In this document: positions 7,256 through 11,893 of the stretch, piece after piece
Numbering within the stretch: position 1 is the first letter of the stretch
Layout: each line of letters starts with the position of its first letter
Translations under genes and position numbers: made by a program
Assembly: GCA_034408725.1 (NCBI GenBank)
Contig: JAWXCN010000069.1
Location: 1-11,893 of the forward strand
DNA length: 11,893 nucleotides
Source of the DNA: Candidatus Hydrogenedentota bacterium
Lineage (GTDB): Bacteria; Hydrogenedentota; Hydrogenedentia; Hydrogenedentales; SLHB01
Direction of reading: 5' to 3'
The notes under the pieces: generated by a model
What the model was told of the DNA's origin: nothing
Databases searched by the model: none
What the model saw: the letters and a program-made list of their open reading frames with translations, nothing else

Positions 7256-8217
7256 CGCGGCACAGCCACTTCTTCAAGAATGCGCTGTACGACCTCGGCT
7301 ACTGTGAGCCCCTCGATCTCGAATTCCGGCCGCAGCAGAATGCGATGATCGAGAACGGGCAACGCAAGGTCCTTGATATCGTCCGGCGTGACGAAATCGC
7401 GCGCGTTCATCGCGGCCTGCACGCGCGCGCCCAGCAGGATGGCCTGTGTCGCGCGCGGTCCCGCGCCTACAAGGATACTGCTGTGCGCGCGTGTCTTGCG
7501 CACAAGGTCCACCACGTACCCGATTAACTCATCGCGCAACGTGATCCCGCCAAGCATGCCGCGCACCCGTATCAACTCCTCCGAAGTCAGCACCGGTTTT
7601 ACCGCGCCGCTATTCAGCGTGGCCTCTGGCGATTCCGCTCCAAGCGTGCGCGTCGCGAGTTGCAGTTCCTCCTCGCGCGATGGCGTGCCCATCGCAATCT
7701 TCACCATGAAACGGTCTTTCTGCGCTTCCGGCAACGGATACGTGCCTTCGTATTCGATAGGGTTCTGCGTCGCGAACACCGTGAAATTCGGCGAGAGAAT
7801 ATGCGTGTCGCGATCGATGGTCACGCGGCGTTCCTGCATCGCTTGCAACAGGGCAGACTGCGTCTTGGCGGGCGCGCGGTTGATTTCATCCGCGAGCAAA
7901 AACGTCGTGAATACCGGCCCCTTCACGAGCGTGAACTGGTTTTGCTGGAAATTGAAGACGTTCGTCCCCGTGATGTCCGTCGGCATCAGATCGGGCGTGA
8001 ACTGAATGCGCGAGAACTCACACCCCAGCACGTGCGCAAGCGTCCTTACCAGCAAGGTTTTCGCAACTCCCGGCACACCCTCGATCAAAGCATGCTGGTT
8101 CGTAAAAATGGCGATCAGCGATTTCTCGACCACGACTTCCTGGCCGATGATGACCTTCGCAATTTCCTGGCGCGCACGCGTCAGGACGTCCTTGAGATTG
8201 TCCAGTTCAGGTTGCAA
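7252..8217 (-). CDS. moxR: MoxR-family AAA+ ATPase (321 aa from probable TTG start)
   Basis: Walker A EGVPGVAKT, RIQFTPDLMPTDITG, Walker B LLADEINRAPAKTQSALLQAMQE, ATQNPIEYEGTYPLPEAQKDRF, GAGPRA. GGAGGA lies 6 nt before TTG at 8217, preferred over the ORF-track start at 8244. Confidence 0.95.
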   Translation of the reverse strand: MQPELDNLKDVLTRARQEIAKVIIGQEVVVEKSLIAIFTNQHALIEGVPGVAKTLLVRTLAHVLGCEFSRIQFTPDLMPTDITGTNVFNFQQNQFTLVKGPVFTTFLLADEINRAPAKTQSALLQAMQERRVTIDRDTHILSPNFTVFATQNPIEYEGTYPLPEAQKDRFMVKIAMGTPSREEELQLATRTLGAESPEATLNSGAVKPVLTSEELIRVRGMLGGITLRDELIGYVVDLVRKTRAHSSILVGAGPRATQAILLGARVQAAMNARDFVTPDDIKDLALPVLDHRILLRPEFEIEGLTVAEVVQRILEEVAVPR

Positions 8218-8270
8218 CGGGTATCCTCCCCATATCGAGCCCAAAAAACACCTGGCACAACACGTAACTT

Positions 8271-8345
8271 ATCGTGCTCGTGCTCGTAATCGTGCTCGTA
8301 ATTGATCCACCGCATTTCGTAGCGCCTCGTTTCCCAAACGCGGCG
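8271..8345 (+). repeat. Hexamer array joined to a GTAG-type REP-like hairpin
   Basis: ATC-GTGCTC-GTGCTC-GTAATC-GTGCTC-GTAATT-GATCCACCGCATTTC-GTAG (8319-8322), followed by the stem CGCCTCGTTT-CCC-AAACGCGGCG (10 bp, one mismatch). Confidence 0.8.
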
Positions 8346-8353
8346 CCTCATCT

Positions 8354-9823
8354 CTACCGCAACCGATGCTTCGCAAACAGCGCGCATATCTCCCGGTACG
8401 CCCGCGCGGCGTCACGATATTTCGCTACCATATGCTCTTCACGAAACGCGATTGCCTTTGCATCGCGCAGCGCTCCCGCAAAATCCGCCTGCCGATGCAA
8501 AAACGACCGCTCAAACTCCGCGATGCACGTGCGCAGAATATCGTGCCTCGGCACGCTGCGGCGCAGCAGATTCACAAATCCCGACGCGCTGTCTTTGCCG
8601 GTATACGCTGAAGCATCCGCGGGCAAATCATCCTCATACGCGGGCGCGAGCGGTTGGCCATTTTTCCAAATGTACAAAATGGCGATGACGATCAGCGCCG
8701 CAAAAATCCCCTGCATCCGATATTGCCACATCAGCGTGACGAGCCCTTGCGCGCGCATTACTCCCAGCGTGACCTCGTCAAACACAACTTCGGCGTTTGG
8801 TCCCGCGGTCCACGCGAGCAACTCCGGATCGCGCGCGTTGAGCATTGCTTCATTGCTGAACAGGAAAGCATCCGCCACCAGCACCAGAGAGCCATCGCCC
8901 ACTGGCCGCTCCATCACTACCGCGCGCCCATCGTAAGCATACAGCACGGTCCAATCGTCGCCTTGCGGTTCGAAGTAAAGCGCGGTATGCACGGCAAGTG
9001 TTTGCGCCATCGCATCCTCTGGAACGCGTCTTGCCATTACCGGCTCATACGACGTGCCGCGGCCGGTTGGCGTTAGCGCTTTGAACTGAAACTCGACGCC
9101 CCACTGTTCCTTCCACTGGACCAAATCCGGCGCATCATCAACACGAGCAGAGCGGCCCGCCGGACGCCTTCCATCGTCTTCGTCGCCGTCGCCGGTTTCA
9201 CTGTCCTCTGCGTCATGTTTCTCCGTGACGGGTGGTTCCGCGAGAATGGTCTTATCATCCTCTATCTTTTCGGGCGATGCCTCCTGCTCGTCGGGGACGG
9301 GAGTTGGTGTAATTTCGGGAGGGAGCGGCGCGACGCGCTTCTCGTCTTCATCTTTCGCCTCGCTGTTCCGTCCGAATCGCCGGTCCATCCGCCGTTGAAA
9401 CTCCTCATCTTCGACCATTCGTGACGTGTAATCGTACGCGAGCGGCGCAAACGACAACACAACGCGCCCGCCTCGCATCATGATCTCGTCCAAATCGCGC
9501 GCGAAGCCTCCTTCAATATCCTCCGAATCAATCCACATATTTCCAACAGACAAAAAAGTCATTCCGTTCACATACAACGTGATCTGCCGGTTCCCCGCCA
9601 CATGCCGCAATGGTTCGACGTTTCTGCGAACATGCCGGCCCGGAAGGGAGTCCAGCGATTCGTAAAACGCCTTCGCGCCGAGCGGATCCGTGCGATACGT
9701 CGAGTACGCGGGATAAACATCGCCGCTCGAATACCGCATCAGCATGAGTTTGGCCGCGCCGTATACGAAACCCGCGACGACCAGGATTAACGCGATACTG
9801 TAGAGCCTAGTGTAGCTTCGCAA
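8354..9823 (-). CDS. DUF4350 domain-containing membrane protein (about 489 aa from probable TTG start)
   Basis: N-terminal TM, then YSTY..DP.G.KA.YE.L, a GGRVV motif, G.G.LVLVAD...FSN and V.FDE. A second TM is followed by the YTGK..GFVNLLRR tail. TTG at 9823 has AGGA upstream and overlaps the upstream stop by 17 nt, versus 95 nt for the ORF-track start at 9901. Position next to moxR is typical. Confidence 0.72.
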   Translation of the reverse strand: MRSYTRLYSIALILVVAGFVYGAAKLMLMRYSSGDVYPAYSTYRTDPLGAKAFYESLDSLPGRHVRRNVEPLRHVAGNRQITLYVNGMTFLSVGNMWIDSEDIEGGFARDLDEIMMRGGRVVLSFAPLAYDYTSRMVEDEEFQRRMDRRFGRNSEAKDEDEKRVAPLPPEITPTPVPDEQEASPEKIEDDKTILAEPPVTEKHDAEDSETGDGDEDDGRRPAGRSARVDDAPDLVQWKEQWGVEFQFKALTPTGRGTSYEPVMARRVPEDAMAQTLAVHTALYFEPQGDDWTVLYAYDGRAVVMERPVGDGSLVLVADAFLFSNEAMLNARDPELLAWTAGPNAEVVFDEVTLGVMRAQGLVTLMWQYRMQGIFAALIVIAILYIWKNGQPLAPAYEDDLPADASAYTGKDSASGFVNLLRRSVPRHDILRTCIAEFERSFLHRQADFAGALRDAKAIAFREEHMVAKYRDAARAYREICALFAKHRLR

Positions 9824-11579
9824 TGCCGCGAATCCTTTCCTGGCGCGTGTTGAACACATCCAGGCCGAAGCGATCGAGCGCGTGGCGTCCGTACCACACA
9901 CGCTCGAATGTGTTCACCGATTCCGCGAACGCCGGCGGCATTTCAGGCACGGAATGGCCGTGCCGTTCAATCTCGCGCAAATACTCCCGGTTCGATTTGT
10001 ACTTCGCAATGCGGATTAGGTCACGGTGCGCAAGCACCGCAAGCGTCGCAAGAAACAACGCCCGCATTGCCAGCCGGTATTCACCCCGCTCCATCAACTC
10101 CCGGGCGAGCGCAAGCCAGCCGTCCTCCGGCAACGCATCGGCGGTAACGTCTTCCTCTTCGACGTTTGGAACGGCGACCACCGGTGTTGCGACAGACTGG
10201 ACCAGCGCAATCTTGCGCTGTTTCAGAATTCGCCAAATAATTAGCAACAGCGCGAACAGCACTCCTCCAAGCACAATGATCCACAAGATTCGTGTTGCGG
10301 TTTCCCAGCCAAAACCAACGTCCATCGTCGAACCGCCGCCCTGGAACAGATTAAAAAACCACTCGATGGCGCGGCCAATGGCTTTGAACATTTCTCCTAC
10401 GGAAACAAGTATCGACTGGAGAAACAGCGACAGAAAATTGTCTTCGAATGCGTCATCGGGAATTTGTTTTGGAAATCGCCAGGCGTATTCGCGTTGTTCG
10501 AGCGTTTGGGATATTGCTTCGTCCAACTGGTCCGCCACGTTGGCTGGTCGCGCCTCGGGAATCTCGGGTTCCTGCGCGAAAGCGGGCGCGCAAAACAGCG
10601 CCGCCGTCCCAAACAACAACAATAAGCCCGCACGGACGTTGCGCGTTGCTGTGACCGATCCCAGCGCGACGCGCAGGTCTTCCCCCGTGGTCACGGATTC
10701 GCCGTGAAAGCAGCGCAAGGTATAAGCCGCCTTCATCACCGGGTCCATGCACAGGAATGCCGTTCCAACGCAGACGGCGTACAAGGCGCTGTTGCCACTG
10801 TCTCCGCCTAGCGACATGACGGTTTCGATGCCGAGCAATGACTGCAACATCTGCGGAATGAACGTAATCAACATGTACACATTGAAGGTCAGCAGCGTCC
10901 CGATAGGACTCAGCGGGATGGCAAGCACCGTGAGAATACCCAGGTATACATACGTGTACATCATCGACCAGTCCGGCGTGATCGTCCTGAAGACCGGCAG
11001 TAACACCAACTGAATTCCCGCGGCCAACAGCAGCGGCAAAGGACTGAGCAGCCAAAGTATCTTCCAGTTCTGTCCTGGCCACCGCCGCGCCTCCGTCCAC
11101 GCCCGCCGCACCACGTCGGTCACGCGATTGTCTTCGTCGGCGCCGAATACCGCGGCATTCTGAAAGAACGCATAGAGATGGCCAAAGGGAATGACGGTCA
11201 ACATCGCGAGCGGCAACAGCACGAATCCCGCCGCGTGAATGATCGTTTGCGTCGCGATGAGCCGCGCGGCGCGCGCAAAGCTCCAGTGCCCCGTCGCGCC
11301 GCCGGCCAGCATGGCGCGCATCCGGAAGCAGTACACCGCGTGCCAGCACTTCATCCATACGAAAGCCAGCGCCACGCCAAACGCCGCGGGGCCCGTATAA
11401 CGCCACGCATAGGCCCCCTGCATCATGTCCGCCCAGAAGTACAGGAACGCCAACAGAAACGGCGCCGTGCCGATGAAATACGGCGTGAGTACGGAGAGCG
11501 GCGCGAGACGCACCTGGTGTACCGCCGCCTCGGCGAGTTCAAATAGCCCCTTGCCATCCTGGACGCGCAACTTTTTCAT
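9807..11579 (-). CDS. Polytopic membrane protein with C-terminal DUF4129 domain, 590 aa
   Basis: About 7-8 hydrophobic segments in the first ~300 aa. The C-terminus has the DUF4129-type pattern W...A..L...GEYR.A.R.LF.A.L..L....LI......SN.EY..E...FE.VWYG. Its ATG overlaps the upstream stop (ATGA). Confidence 0.8.
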   Translation of the reverse strand: MKKLRVQDGKGLFELAEAAVHQVRLAPLSVLTPYFIGTAPFLLAFLYFWADMMQGAYAWRYTGPAAFGVALAFVWMKCWHAVYCFRMRAMLAGGATGHWSFARAARLIATQTIIHAAGFVLLPLAMLTVIPFGHLYAFFQNAAVFGADEDNRVTDVVRRAWTEARRWPGQNWKILWLLSPLPLLLAAGIQLVLLPVFRTITPDWSMMYTYVYLGILTVLAIPLSPIGTLLTFNVYMLITFIPQMLQSLLGIETVMSLGGDSGNSALYAVCVGTAFLCMDPVMKAAYTLRCFHGESVTTGEDLRVALGSVTATRNVRAGLLLLFGTAALFCAPAFAQEPEIPEARPANVADQLDEAISQTLEQREYAWRFPKQIPDDAFEDNFLSLFLQSILVSVGEMFKAIGRAIEWFFNLFQGGGSTMDVGFGWETATRILWIIVLGGVLFALLLIIWRILKQRKIALVQSVATPVVAVPNVEEEDVTADALPEDGWLALARELMERGEYRLAMRALFLATLAVLAHRDLIRIAKYKSNREYLREIERHGHSVPEMPPAFAESVNTFERVWYGRHALDRFGLDVFNTRQERIRGIAKLH

Positions 11580-11893
11580 TCGTCGTCCAGTCTTTCAAGT
11601 GGACTGGCGGCCCATAAAGACTGCTCGTGGAATTCAGATGGAACGTTCAGCAGCGCGCGCCCAATCACGTAGAAACACATCCAGATGATTAGCAGTCCCA
11701 CAAGGAACTGCGCGCCTTGCCGCGCCCCGCTCATGCGCCAGGTCTTTGGCTTGCCGCTTTCGCCCAGTTGCGCCAGGCACACCGAACATACGACACGGTC
11801 GTCGTGTTCTGTTATGCACTCACGGCAAAAGTAGCGTTGGCATTCCGGGCACCGTGCGACCGCTTCGCGCTGCGCGTGGTTGCGGCAGCGTTG
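11576..11893 (-). CDS. B-box-like zinc-finger membrane protein, 5' end outside the window
   Basis: The frame is open to the window edge: QRCRNHAQREAVARCPECQRYFCRECITEHDDRVVCSVCLAQLG..., then a TM segment FLVGLLIIWMCFYVIGRALL. Pattern C-x2-H-x8-C-x2-C-x4-C-x2-C-x9-C-x2-C. The ORF track reports only the last 68 aa. Confidence 0.8.
   Translation of the reverse strand, partial: QRCRNHAQREAVARCPECQRYFCRECITEHDDRVVCSVCLAQLGESGKPKTWRMSGARQGAQFLVGLLIIWMCFYVIGRALLNVPSEFHEQSLWAASPLERLDDE

Noticed and set aside
559..11546. Long overlapping ORFs (e.g. 559..1320, 6149..6910, 7373..8005, 7660..8289, 8274..8936, 9823..10707, 10453..11406)
   Set aside because: Shadow frames of well-supported genes in high-GC DNA, with no recognisable motifs.

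Overview
High-GC bacterial genomic window with no rRNA, tRNA, CRISPR array, transposase or integrase. Left to right: (i) a 213-bp-period tandem duplication carrying inverted REP-like palindrome pairs (1-385); (ii) a secreted neutral/alkaline-ceramidase-like metallohydrolase (514-1974, +); (iii) a lower-GC gene (2029-3462, -) for a secreted protein whose N-terminal SNase/thermonuclease-fold domain lacks most catalytic residues; (iv) a stand-alone EryC-like TIM-barrel sugar-phosphate epimerase (3671-4588, +); (v) a repeat-rich convergent intergenic region of GTGCTC/GTAATC hexamer arrays plus a GTAG-type REP hairpin (4591-4872); (vi) a minus-strand MoxR operon. In transcription order the operon is: B-box-like zinc-finger membrane protein (5'-truncated), membrane+DUF4129 protein, DUF4350 protein, MoxR AAA+ ATPase, DUF58 protein, SpoIIM-family protein. 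A second hexamer/GTAG element sits between the DUF4350 and MoxR genes. The most unusual items are the composite hexamer-array/GTAG element, the pseudo-nuclease, and an internal signal-peptide-like segment in the DUF4129 protein. All family calls come from motif recognition by eye; no database searches were run.
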